From the NCBI RefSeq assembly GCF_009914755.1, contig NC_060927.1: a DNA stretch of 64,000 nucleotides. One strand, 5' to 3'. This document shows positions 40,545-53,329 of the stretch, one piece after another. A program made the position numbers and the translations under genes. The first letter of the stretch is position 1, and every line of letters begins with the position of its first letter. Under the pieces are notes generated by a model that saw only the letters and a program-made list of their open reading frames with translations, did no database searches and had not been told where the DNA came from. This stretch comes from the human T2T-CHM13v2.0 reference genome, Homo sapiens.

Positions 40545-43500
40545 GTTTTTTAAAGGCTATTTGTTTATAGCAGTTTTAAGTTCATAGCAAAATTGAGATG
40601 GTACTGACATATTTCTATGCCTTTATGCATGCCTGGCATCCCACATTATCAACATCCCTCTCCAGAGTGGTATATTTGTTACAACTGATGAACCTACTTA
40701 GATATATTATTATCATCCAAAGTCCATAACTTATATTAGGGTTCATTCTTGGAATTGTACATTCTGGGGATTCGGAAAAATATATAAGGACATGTATCCA
40801 CCATTACAGTTTTATACTGAGTATTTTTAATGCCCTTAAATCCCTCTCTGATTTACATATTCATCTTCCCCCCTCACTAGCCCCTGTCAACCACTATTCT
40901 TTTTACTGTTTCCATACTTTTATCTTTTTCAGGATATCATTTATTGAAATCATAGCCTTTTCAGATTAGTTTTTTTTCACTTAGTAATATGCATTTAAGG
41001 TTCCTCTACATATTTTCTTGGCTGGATCACTGATTCCTTTTTAGCACTGGATAATATTCTATTGTCTGGAGTTACCACAATATCTTTATCCATTCACCTA
41101 CTGAAGGACATCTTGGTTTCTTCCAATATTTGGCAATTATGAATAAAGTGTCCATAAACATGCTTGTGTAGATTTTTGCATGGACATAAATTTTCCAATT
41201 CGTTGGATAAATACCATGGAATATGACTGGTAGGTTGTGTGGTAAGAGCACATTTTGTTTGGTTTAGTAAGAAATCAACAAAATGTCTTTTAACATGGCT
41301 GTACCATTTTGCATTCTCACTGGCAGTGAATAAGAGTTCCTGTTGCTCCACTTGCTCACCAGTATTTGGTGCTATCAGCATTCTGGATTCTGGCCATTCT
41401 AATAGATGTAATAGTATCTTATTGTTTCAATGTGTATTTTCTCTATAATATATATTAAGAAAATCTTTTCATATGTTTATTTGCCAACTGCATGTCTTTT
41501 TTTTTTGAGAGGTCTGTTAAGGTCTTTGGCCTATTTTTTTAATCCAATTGATTGTTTTCTTATTGTTGAATTTAAATATTTATTTGTTTATTTTGGATAA
41601 CTGTCCTTTATCAGGTATACCTTTTGCAAATTTTTTCTCAGTCATCAGCTTGCTTTATCATTCTCTTGATAGCGTCTTTTACAGAGAACAAAATTTAATT
41701 TTAGTGAAGTTTAGATTATAAATTGTATCTTTTATGAACCATACCTTTGATGTTGTATCTAAAATCCTCACCAAACTCAAGTTCTAAGTTTTTTCTTCTG
41801 TTATCTTCTAGTAGTTTTATAGTTTTGCATTTTATATTCAGGTCTGTGATCCATTTTGAGTTAATTTTTGTGGTGGGTGTAAATTTGTGTCTAGATTTTT
41901 TTTTTATTTTTTAATGTTGATATCCAGTATTTCCAGCATTGTTGTTGAAAAGGTTGTGTTTTCTCAGTTATATATCCTTGGCTCATTTCTCAAAGATCAG
42001 TTGACTACATCTATATAGGTCCATTTCTGGATTTTCTATTGTATTCCATTGATATAGTTGTCTATTCTTTTACCACACATCATGTTCTTGATTATTTTAG
42101 CTTTGCAGTAAGTCATGAAATCAGGTAGCATTAGTCCTTTAATATTGTTCTTCTCCTTCAGTAATGTTTTGACTACTATACTTTGCTCATATTAACTTTA
42201 TAATTAGTTTGTCAAAAGCCAAACAATCACATTTTGGAATTTTTATTGGGATTGTGGTGAATCTATAGATTATGCCAGGAAGAATCGATGTCTTGACAGT
42301 ATTTAGTCTTCCTATCCATAAAAATGGAATATCTCTCCATTTTTTTTAGTTCTTTAATTTTTTTCCTTGGAGTGTTGTAGTTTTCTTCACATATATATTT
42401 TATAGATTTTATTAAATTTATATCTAAGTGTTTACTTTTTGAGTGTTATTATAAACAATAATGTGTCTTTAATTTTAAATCCCATTTGTTCATTGCCGAT
42501 ATATAGACAAGAGATTTAATTTTGCATATTACTCTTGTATCCTGCAGCCTTCTTATAATCACTTATTTGTTCCAAGGGTATTTTTTTTTAATAAATTATT
42601 TTAAATTTTCTCCAAAAATAACCATGTCATCTGTGAATAATGGCAGATTTATTACTTTCCAATCAACATACTTTTAATTCCTTTTTCTGATCTTATTAAA
42701 ATAGTTAGGACTTCCAGTACAGTGTTGAAAATAAATGGTGAAAAGAGACATTCTTGATTTGTTCCTGTTATTAGTGGATTGGTTTGAGTTTCTCATCATT
42801 AAGTATCATGTTAGCTATAAAATTTATTGTAAATATTTTTTATCAGCTTCAAATATTTTTATCAATGCCATAAATGGGCATTAAGTTTTGTCAAATGCTT
42901 TTTCAGGATCTATTGATACAATCATGTGGTTTTTGTTTTTTTGCTTTTGGTGTGATGGATTATGTTAGTTGATTTTTGAATGCTAAACCAGCTTTACATA
43001 CCTAGGACAAATCACACTTGGTTGTGGTGTATAATATTTTATACATTGCTGGATGAAATCTGCTAATTTTTGAGAATTTTTGCATCTGTCTTCATAAGAA
43101 ATATCGGTCTGCAGTTTTCTTGTAATGTCTTTGATTTTTGTATTAGGATGATCCTGGCTTCACAGAATAAGTAAACATACCCCTCTGTTTCTACTTTCTG
43201 AAAGAGACTGTAGAGACATGGTATGGTTTGTGTCTTAAATGCTTGGTAGTATGCACCAATGAATTCATCTGAGCCTGGTGCTTTCTGTTTTTAATATTAT
43301 CAATTATTGATTCAATTTCCTTAACAGTTATAGGCCTATACACTTTGTTCAATTCTTTTTGTGTGTTTTGTCAGATTGTATCTTTTAAGGAATTGGTTTA
43401 TCTAGGTTATCAAGTTTGTGGGCATAGAAATGTTCATAATATTCCTTTATTAATGTTTTACTGTCTGTAGAATCTGTAGTGATGTTTTCTATTTCACTTA

Positions 43501-45670
43501 TAATATTAGTAATTGTATCCTCTCTGTTTTTTTTTTGTAAAACTTGCTGAAGGCTTAATGATTTTATCGATCTTTTCAAACAACCAGCTTTTGTTTTTAT
43601 TGATGTTCTCAATTGATTTTCTGCTTTCAGTTTGAGTTTTCTCTAACTTTCATTATTTTTTTTTTCTTCTTACCTTAAATTTAATTTGCTCTTCTTTTTC
43701 CTGTTTCCTATATGGCATTTTAGATGAGTGACTTAGACCTTTCTTCTTTTCTAACATATATATTCAATACAAACACTTTTTTCTCTAAACATTGCTTTTA
43801 ATGCATGTGAAAAATTCTAAGTTGCATTTTCATTTCTATTTAATGAAAATATTTTAAATTTATTTTGTGATTTCTTACCTGACCTATGTATTAGAGATGG
43901 TTTGTTTACTCTATACATAGCTGTGATTTTCTAGTAACTTTTTATTATTGATTTCTACTTCAATTGCATTGTAATCGGAGAGAAGACAATGTATAATTTC
44001 TAGTCTTTGAAAATTCTGAGCTATGTTATTTTCCTTCTCTAAAGAATCTATGTAAAATTTCTTGCAAGGTTGATCCACTTGCAATAAGCTTTCTCAATTT
44101 TTATTTTTCTATTTCTCTTTCAATTTTGAAGGATAATTTCACAGGGTAATGATTTTTAGCTTGCTTGGTTCTTTTATTCTCACTCTCTTTCTTTACACTA
44201 AATATTTTACTCTACTATCTTCTTGCTTGCATGGTTTCTAAGAAGAAGTTGAGTCCAGTTTTTATTTTTCTTCCTCTAGAGGCAATTTCTTTTCTGTTTT
44301 CTTTTAAGATATTTTTCTTTATTATTCATTTTTTTGTCATTTGAAAATGATACGCCTTGGTGCAGCATTTCATCTGCATAGTATTCTCTGAGCTTCCTGG
44401 ATCTGTGGTATGGTTTATGATATTAATTCTCAGGCATTATTGCTTCAAATATTTATTCTGATTTTTTCCTCTTCTACTCTTTCTGGTAGTCTCATTTTCT
44501 CTTTATATGTATGTTACATCTTTTGTAGTTGTACCACTGTTCTAAGATGTTTCATTCTTTGTTCTTTTTGCTTCTCAATTTTGGAAGTTTCCATTGAGAT
44601 ATTTTCAGCATAGGCATTTTTTCCTGAGCTGTATCCAGTCTATTAATAAGCTCATCAAAGGTGTTCTTCATTTCTGTTACAGAGCTTTTAATCTCTTGCA
44701 CTTATTATTGATTATTTCTTAGAATTTCTATCTCTCCGTTTACATTCCCCATCTATTTTTGCATGTTGTCTACTTTATCCATTAGAGTCCTTAGCATACT
44801 AATGACAGTTGTCTTAATTTCCCAGCCTGATAATTCCAGCACCTTTTCTCATGTTTGGTTCTGATGTTTATTGTGTCTCTTCAATCTGTTTTTTGCCATT
44901 TAGTATTCCTTGTAATTTTTTCTTAATAGTTGTACATGATGTAATTGGGAAAAAACCTTCTGTAACTAGGCCTTTATTATTTGCTGGAAAAGTAGCTCTG
45001 TCCAGGGAAGCCTTCTACAGAGTTGTAATTGTGTTTCAGTCTTTTAGTAGGCCTATGCCTATGCCTCTGGATGGTGAACATCACAGGATTTCTCAGCCCT
45101 CCAACATCACACTGCTCAAATTGTTCAGTATGGCTAAAGTGGACTAGAGTTGGATATTTCCCTCCCCTACACCTAGGTCAATTAGGCTATGAGAGAACTC
45201 TAGTAGGTTAAGCTCTGGTTAACTAGTTTCTCCTGAGGGAAGGCCTTATTAAGATCAGGGCACTCTGGTTTGTTTCAAAGTGGTTTCTGTTTTCCTCCCC
45301 TCCAGGATATTTTTCTCTGATATTTACTATGAGAACCCAGTCAAACTCCTAGAGGCAAAACTTACAAAAATGTGGGGACCCCTATGACTGGGTCCTCCTG
45401 GAGTTTTTAACTTTCACACTTGTCCACACTGAATCTCCAGGAATTAATCCAGTATAGTTCAGGTTTTTCTATCCCAGCACTCCTTCCCACTTCTTCGTGG
45501 GGAGGGATCTGCTCTGATATGTTGTAATTCTCTGCGGCCGCCTGTCTGTCCTATTTTAGGGGCAGCAGTTTGTCCTTTGACTCACCTCTTACAGATCTAA
45601 GAAGATTTTTTGATTATTCAGTTTGTACAGCATTGTACTTGTGGTTAGGATAGAAATGACAACTTCCAAG
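40545..45670 (-). mobile_element. L1MC (L1MC1/2-like), ~5 kb, 3' UTR to 5' region with internal deletions
   Basis: ccagagtggtatatttgttacaactgatgaacctac 3' UTR motif; long T-rich ORF2 remnant; L1M 5' region to ~45670. Confidence 0.85.
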
Positions 45671-45966
45671 CTTTGTTTTCCAAGTTTCTTGGTTGTGGTT
45701 TATTTCTCTGCTTTTTTTCCCTTATAAACCTACTTTGTAGGCTTGTGGTTATTTTGAGTTCCACTTTTTTTCTCTCTTTGGACACAGAACTCCCCTACAG
45801 GCTTCTTCATACTCCCCCATACTTATTTAATTATTTGGTATTTATCATGTAAATGTATAACTGTTTGATGAAATGAAAAAAATGCCATCAGTGGAAGCAA
45901 AATTTATAATACTCAGATTTTGAAGGATAACAGATTATACTACATGGGAATTCTTGTTTATAGCAA

Positions 45967-47487
45967 TGATGGCAGTGGCAGCCTGTCTGGAGCAACCACT
46001 GCCAAGACACTGGTGGCAGCAGGGGAGGTGTGGTCAAGGCTGTGCCCTCTATGGAGCCAGTGGGAGCTGAGAAGAGGCAGAAGCCCCATTGTCTTCCGAG
46101 TTGGCTGTGCAGGTGCCCCACCCTCCCAGGTGCAGCTGCAGGCACCTAGATTGACTTTGGAACAGGACATCCCTATTCACTTGGTGGCCCAGGAAGCCCC
46201 CTCCTGCCCCCACAGGATTAGAAGTGCCTGCTCCCACTGCCTGGTCTCTCCCTGCTCCTGGCATCCACTCCAATTCTGGAACAAAGTTGAAGCCAACCAT
46301 GGGCTCTGTTGTGACCCATCCAGGTATGTGCGTGCCTGAGGTGACACCAACATACCAGCCCTCTGCCACCTTGGCCCCCTCTGGACTTTGGACACAACAA
46401 GCATAGGAGGGAGGCAAGAGGGGGTTGAGGGTGGCTTGGTGCAGGCTTCCAGGTGCCCTTCAGCACAAATAGCCTAGGTGCCATGAATGGCAGTTGATGG
46501 CATGAGGCAGAGAGGCTCCTGGGTGGAAAACAAGGGGTCTCTGGTGAAGCCCCACTTTCAAGTCAGGAACAGCCTAAAGAAGGGGGGCCAAGCTGCCAGA
46601 GTGAGAACTTAACGGTGTTTTTTCTGGGCCTGCCATGGACCAATCAGCACACAATTCCTCCCTTCTGAAGCCCATAAAAACCTTGAACTCAACCAGACTT
46701 GCAGAGACCACCTAATAACCTGCTTGCAGACTGGAGCTACCCACTCCATGTCTCTTCTCTGCTGAAGGCTGCAGAGAAGACAGGAAGACCTGCCTGCAGA
46801 TAAGAGCTAACCACTTCAGGTTTCCTGAGAGCTGTACTGTCGCTCAATAAAACACCTCTTTGCCTTGCTCACCTTCCAGTTGTCCAGGTACCTCATTCTT
46901 CCTGGATGCAGGACAAGAACTTGTGTCCCATTGAATGACAGGAATGAAAGAGATGTAACGCAAACAGCACTGAAACACACCTTCCCCCCCACCCCCATCA
47001 CACTGCAGGCTATGAGAAGCAGAGAAGAGCTGTGGCCCTTTGGGGATCCCAGACCTAGGGGCTCCCCAAGCTTGGGTTGTGACACCTTCTTTAGGGCTCT
47101 GCAGTTTCTGGCATCTCCAAGCTTCTGAGTGCTACTGTGTTTCCTGGTGGCCACAGTGGAAGCCACTTGCGGTATGCCTGGTCCTGCTGCAGCATCGCAT
47201 GGAGCCATTGCCCGTGCCAGTGCCTGAAACTGCCCATCCCACTGCACACAGCATGTCTGGCTGTGCTCAGTGGCTGGACCACACACTCGTTTACACACCC
47301 TTCACTGTTCTGTGCCTGGCTTGCCCTTGGCAGTCACAGGATCTGGGCTGGTAGTGCAAGTGGAGTGCAGCCTGCAGGGCTGAGTGGGCTGAACAAGCAC
47401 AGCAGGCCTGAGCAAAACTCAGGTAAAGGCACCACTGGCCAAAGAGGTTTCCAGCTGCTGCAGCGACAACCCAAGGATGCTGTGACA
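45967..47487 (+). mobile_element. MER52-type (ERV1) solo LTR, ~1.5 kb, GC-rich
   Basis: tgatggcagtggcagcc start, ...gatgctgtgaca end, cataaaaa and aataaa signals, flanks gcaa/gtga. Confidence 0.88.
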
Positions 47488-47496
47488 GTGACATAC

Positions 47497-47635
47497 CGTA
47501 TCTTCATTATCTAATTCTGCATAATAAACTTATCGCAGTTATAGTAGCTTAAAACAAAACACATTGATTATCTGTAGGTTTCTATGGCCCGGAAATCTGG
47601 GCACAGCTTAGCTGGAGCCTCTTGCTTCAGGGTAT
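47497..47635 (-). mobile_element. MLT1 LTR 3' fragment
   Basis: agtagcttaaaacaaaacacattgattatct...gggcacagcttagctgg. Confidence 0.65.
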
Positions 47636-48009
47636 TGCCAATGGTGTTCACATAAGCATTCAGTTAATTCTTAGCCCCAGATATCCCACAACATTCATCT
47701 TGGATTCCTAAGACCACTTGACAAAACACAGAGGCAAATGGATGAGCCATGAAGTTAGGATTTGATCTGGCAAGTGAGCAGTGGTAAGATTCATTTATTA
47801 ATTGTATCCTATTAATGGAGATGAATATTTCAATTTCTTTCAATTTCCAAATTAAGTTCATAATTTATTTTGAAAGTTTTTTTTTAAATCAGAGATTTCA
47901 TTAATTTGGAAAAGAATTATTTAGATTTGTCCACTCAAGCTATCATTTTACCAAAATTCTTCTGCATATGATGTTTGTAACTTTAAATAATGTATATGAC
48001 GTTTTGTAT

Positions 48010-48118
48010 GCACGTCTTTCCTCCCATACTAGATTCTACACCTCTTGCAAACTGAGTCCCAAAGTGTTCTGCACGTAACTGGTGCTCTTAAAAGTGGTGG
48101 AAAGAATGAAATAAATGT
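48010..48118 (+). mobile_element. L2 3' end
   Basis: ctcccatactagatt...gcacgtaactggtgctc...gaatgaaataaatg. Confidence 0.55.
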
Positions 48119-50488
48119 AATACAATGACTTCAGGCTATTGTATTAATGACTATTTGTAACTTTAATGTTTCAGTTTAAACATACATTGTGTTTAACAAA
48201 CCATGTTTTACCTTCTTTAAACTGAGAAAATGCATTCACCTTTTTTTATTGCATAAACCTGGCACTTAATAGCACATTTCTGGCATTGTAAACAGTAGGA
48301 TTAGTTTGTCATTTGAATGCCAATTTCAAGCTCCAAGTTTTCTTGTACTAAATGTGACAGCTTTGAATACACTTGTACGTCTGTGATTCACTCACACCAT
48401 GGGGATGCAATTTGGCAAGTAGTAATTTCCACAGCAATAAACAAAATGAGATTCAGAAATGTAAAAGACACACACTGATAAAAATGGCATTAAAAACATC
48501 CATACTAGTTAGTTTTAGTTTTTTGTTTTAAACTATACTCCAGAAATTTGGTTTCACCCATACAATAAACTTCCTTTTCTTATCATTAAACTTGAGAAAT
48601 ATTTTGTCAAATATTTAACAGAAAAAAATATATAAATGTTTAGGTATGACTAGGGATAAATATACTCTTGGCATCATATCAACTTTTCCCCTTGTTTTAA
48701 TTTGGCCTGTTTAATTAAGGTATAAATGATACTTTGCATAAATCACTCTATCTTATAGGTGTTTTAATTCTTGGTAAAAATACAATCACATGAACAATAA
48801 ATATATTAAAAATCTAGAAGAGTCAAAAATGACAAAAATGCCGCTGTATGAGCAAATAATCTTGTGGTTACATTGTGGCTATATTTAAATTCAGTAAGAG
48901 GAGAGCTACAAACATTTGACTGTGTACTTTGGACAACTTAATTACATTCTTTCTGTTTACAATATTTAGTGACTGTGCTGATGTTTGTCAAGCTTGTAAT
49001 GATACTGTATTTTGAACAACATTAAAAGAACTTGTCAGAAATATTTTGAACTGAATATTTATGAATAGGATTTGAAAATCTGTAAGTTTTAAAAAGCTAA
49101 CTTGTCCATTATCTGTATGTTGATTCATTAATTAATACATGTTTATTGAACCCTTAGAATGCTTCTCATTTATAAAGTGTGTGGTAATTTTGGGAACACA
49201 AACATGTTAAGACAGAGGACTAATGGGAGAGAAGAGGCCGATAATGCTGGAGATAAGTTTGAGCTGGATTATGTTACACAGATGGCAATTGTTAGATGAC
49301 ATCCAGGAGGTAGCATCTCACAACTCTCAGAAACTTTGGTTTTGTGTCAGGCAGAACAAGATTAAATGACTCATCTGCCATCTATTAACCATTTTTGATA
49401 TGTCAATTTACTTAATATCTCCAAGTCCTTACCTTTTCTTATACAAATGATAAGAATTTTTTCACATCTGACCACTCTAAAATTTAAACATAGTATATTT
49501 GAGGGTTTACTATACACTAGAAACAACATTGCATAATTTTATTGAACATGATGGGGTTAATTGTGGTAATAGAAATGGCTATAATTTTGTCAGCAATGAT
49601 TTCCCAGAGGGTAACTGAGAGTAGTTTTTTGAGGGTGTTCCAGATTACCTCTTGTCTTAGTCTGAGTTCTCTGAGAATCAAATACTGAGACTGGATTTAA
49701 TGTACCAATATTTTATTAAGAAAATCATGGTGGTCTGAATAATTATGCACCCCCCCACCACCAAATTCATATGTTGAAAACTAATTCCCAGTGTGTTGAT
49801 ATTAACAAGTTGGGACATGGCTAGAACATGAGGGCATAGCTCCCATTAATGAGATTAGTGTCCTTATAAATTAAGCCCAAGAGAGCTTGTTTGCCCCCTC
49901 CACCATGTAAGGATGCAGCTCAAAAGTGCTCTCTATGAGGTACATGCTCTCATCAGCCACTAAATCTGCCGGTGCCTTGATCTTAGGCTTCCCAGCCACC
50001 AGAACTATGGGAAATAAATGTTTGTAGTTTATAAGCCACCCTGTTTGTAGTATTTTTACTATAGCAACCTGAACAGACTTAGACAGAAATTGGCATGGAG
50101 AGTGGGGAAAAAGTGTGGGAAAAAAATGTGGAAGTGGCTTTCGAACAGGTCAATGGATGGAGATTGGAAAAGTTTTGAGACAGATGCTAGAAAAATACTA
50201 TATTGCTGGAAATAGAATGTTAAGGGCAATTCTGGTGATGGCTCAGAAAAGGAGAGCTATAAGGAAAACTTATTTTCTTAGAGATTTTGTAGGTGGTCCT
50301 GACAGAATATTCATAGATATATAGGCAATAAAGGCCATCATGAGGAGGTCTTAGATAGAAATGAGTAACATGATATTGGATACTGTGGGAAGGGTGATAC
50401 TTGTTATAAAGTGCCAAAGAACTTTACTGCATTACTTTTGTGGAGGGTAGAATTATGATTGATGAAATTGGATATTTGACTAAGAAAT

Positions 50489-50782
50489 TTTATTTTTATT
50501 TTTAGAGACAGGGTCTCACTCTCACCCAGGCTGGAATGTAGTGGCACAATCATAATTCAAACTATAGGGTTCAAACTCCAGGGCTCAAGCAATCCTCCCA
50601 CCCAAGCCTCCTGAGTAGCTAGGACTACAGGCATGCACCTGTATTTTTTTAGCCTCTTTTTAAAATAGAGATACAATCTTGATATGTTGCACAGGCTGGC
50701 CTTAAACTCCTGACCTCAAGCAATCTTTCTGCCTTGGCTTCCAAAAGAACTGGGATTATAGGCATGAGCCACTGTGCCTGGC
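50489..50782 (-). mobile_element. AluJ inserted in MaLR internal region
   Basis: agagacagggtctcactct...gggctcaagcaatcctccc...gagccactgtgcctggc; flanks gactaagaaattt / gactgaggaaattt. Confidence 0.92.
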
Positions 50783-50892
50783 TGACTGAGGAAATTTCTA
50801 ATTTACATTTACTAATTACTAATGCATTTACAAGTAAGTAAATGTATAAAATTTCCCAAGTAAGTCTTCATGCCTGTAATCCCAGTGCTTTT

Positions 50893-50939
50893 GTATGTGT
50901 GTATTAGTCAGGGTTCTGAAGAGAAATAGAACCAATAGG

Positions 50940-50997
<58 letters not shown>

Positions 50998-51010
50998 GAG
51001 AGAGATATAT

Positions 51011-51075
<65 letters not shown>

Positions 51076-51203
51076 GACGGATGTGTTGACAGGGGATTTA
51101 TTAGGAAATTGGCTTACATGATTATGAAGTCTGAAAAGTCCCACAACAGGCCGTCTACAAGCCAGTGAACCAGAGAAGCCAGTAGCATGGCTCATTCAAG
51201 GTT
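50893..51203 (-). mobile_element. Partial MLT2B copy (local duplicate of 52715-52939)
   Basis: Colinear with the MLT2B 1.8 kb downstream, including outside flank and unusual internal sequence. Confidence 0.85.
50941..51075. repeat. Compound tetranucleotide STR (GATA)14 GGAGAGAGATATATAA (GATA)15
   Basis: Counted directly. Confidence 0.97.
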
Positions 51204-51988
51204 GGAAAGAGCCATGCTTCGATGCTTATAGCGAAATGCAGAGAGAAACAACGTAAAGACAAATTTTAATCAAAATGGAAGCATATCTCAAATATTTGGC
51301 AAATTATCAGCCTGGCCATATGGTTAATAAATGAGAAGAGATGTTTGGCAGAGAATATTAGGGTGTGGCAAAGTGACTGATAAGAAAATTAGTATGGATA
51401 AGTAGAAGTCAGGTGCTATTCATCAAAAAAATGGGAGATTGACTCCAAAGGCGTTTCAAAGGTTATTAGTGCTGCTTCTCACATCACAAACCATAGTGCC
51501 AGGAACTAGGGGACAAAATGATATCAAAAGAGGGTCCCTGGGCACCATGGGACCTTAGCACTTACTGACTAGTGCCACCTTAAGTATGTTTTCCCAGCAT
51601 TCCAGCATAGAGCTTCTCAGCTATACAGGTGTGGCTTCAGCAGTCCTGCGTGCTGTGGACCACAGTGTTCACCCCTATAAAAACCCAGGTGGTAAATCTT
51701 GTTGGCATCCTCACAGTGCCATGTCTACAAATGCCCAGAATACCTGAGCTGGGAGCCCTTGATTTTGAATGGTTAGCCACCCAGAGCATTGGGTGATCCA
51801 GGCAAAGGGAAAGCTTTAGAGTTGGGCCACTGCAGAGAGCCCCCACTAGAACAGTGCCCAGTAAAGATATTGAGACAGGGCTATCTGGAACTTTGGGGTC
51901 CAATCTCTGTCCTAGAGTCCTGAAAGCATGATATCAAGTAAGATTATTCTTGAGCCTGTAGATTTAATGCTTTCCCTGTTTGTTTTGG

Positions 51989-52066
51989 ACTTACTTGGGA
52001 ACTATTATACATTTACTTACTTGGGAACTGTTATACGTTACTTACTTTGGGAACTGTTCTACATTT
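51989..52066. repeat. ~26-bp degenerate tandem triplication (ACTTACTTGGGAACTRTTATAC...)
   Basis: Three adjacent copies inside the MaLR internal region. Confidence 0.85.
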
Positions 52067-52723
52067 ATTTTTTATTCTATTTTCCCCTTCTGGAATAGAA
52101 AGTTTATTCTATGTCTTTCCAACTACTGTACTTTGGAAGCACATAACTTTTTTGGTTTTACAGGCTCAAATCTGAAGGGAAGTTTACCACAAGATGGCTT
52201 CTACCTTGAGCCTCACCCATATCTAATTTTAAATAAATCTCCGAACTTCAGACTTTTGAATTGGTGCTAGAATGAGTTAAGACTTTGAGGGCTGTTGAGA
52301 TAAAACGAATGTGTTTTGCATGGAAGAAGGACATAAGTTTTTGGGGACCAGAGATAAAATGCTATGGTCTGAATATTTATGTCCTCTAAAAATATATTGA
52401 AAAGTAATCCCCAGTGTGATGGTAATAGAGGTCAGCCTTTGAGAGATGACTAGGTCATGAGGGCATACCCCTCCTAAACTGGATTAGTGTTTTTATAAAA
52501 GAGGCCCAAAGGAGCTTATTTGTCCCTTTTAATATGTGAGCACACAATGAAAAGTTGCTGTGTATGAAGAAAAGGTCTTTGCTAGACACCCATTTTGTTG
52601 TCATCTTGATCTTGGACTTCCCAGCCCCAGAATTGTGAGAAATAGGTAATTTTTTTTTGTTATAAGCCCCAATTCATGATACTTTTGTTATAGCAACCTG
52701 AAAAGTCTGTAATAGTATGTGTG

Positions 52724-52763
52724 TGTATTGGTCACAGTTCTTCAGAGAAATAGAACCAGTAGG

Positions 52764-52811
<48 letters not shown>

Positions 52812-53329
52812 GACAGATGAGTTGACAGGGGATTTATTAGGAAACTGGCTCACTTGATCATGAAGCCTGAGAAGTTCCACAACAGGCCATCTGCAAGCTG
52901 ATGAATGAGAGAAACCAGTAGCATGGCTCATTCAAGGTTAAAAGGCCTGAGAACCAAATAAATCAATGATGCAATTCTCAGTTTACAACTGAAGGCTCAT
53001 GAACCCCAAAAGGCCACTGGCGCAAGTCCCACAGTCCAACAGCTGGAGAATTTGGAGTTCCAATTTCCAAAGCAGGAGGAGAAGGGCATCCCATTTTAGA
53101 AGAGAGAGAAATAATTCACCTTTCCTTTGCCTTTTTGTTACATCTGGACCTCCAGGTGATTAGATGGTGCCTACCTGCACTGAAGGCAGATCTTTCCTAC
53201 CATGTTCACTGAATCACACATCATTCTTTTCCAAAAACATCCTCATAGACATACTCAGAAATAATGCTTCATCGACTATCTAGAAGTCACCCTATCTAGT
53301 CAAGTCCACACCTAAAATTAACCATCACA
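52724..53329 (-). mobile_element. MLT2B (ERVL) solo LTR containing (GATA)11 at 52765-52808
   Basis: tgtattggtcacagttcttcagagaaatagaacc...cacctaaaattaaccatcaca. Confidence 0.9.

Larger units (their letters stand above)
49726..52714 (+). mobile_element. MLT1A/MSTD-type MaLR provirus (LTRs ~49726-50085 and 52360-52714)
   Basis: Two related LTRs (tggtctgaat...tatagcaacctgaa) flanking MaLR internal sequence that starts gaaattggc. Confidence 0.82.

Noticed and set aside
45888-47514. Dense cluster of ORFs up to 160 aa on both strands
   Set aside because: Explained by the GC-rich MER52 LTR, where stop codons are rare
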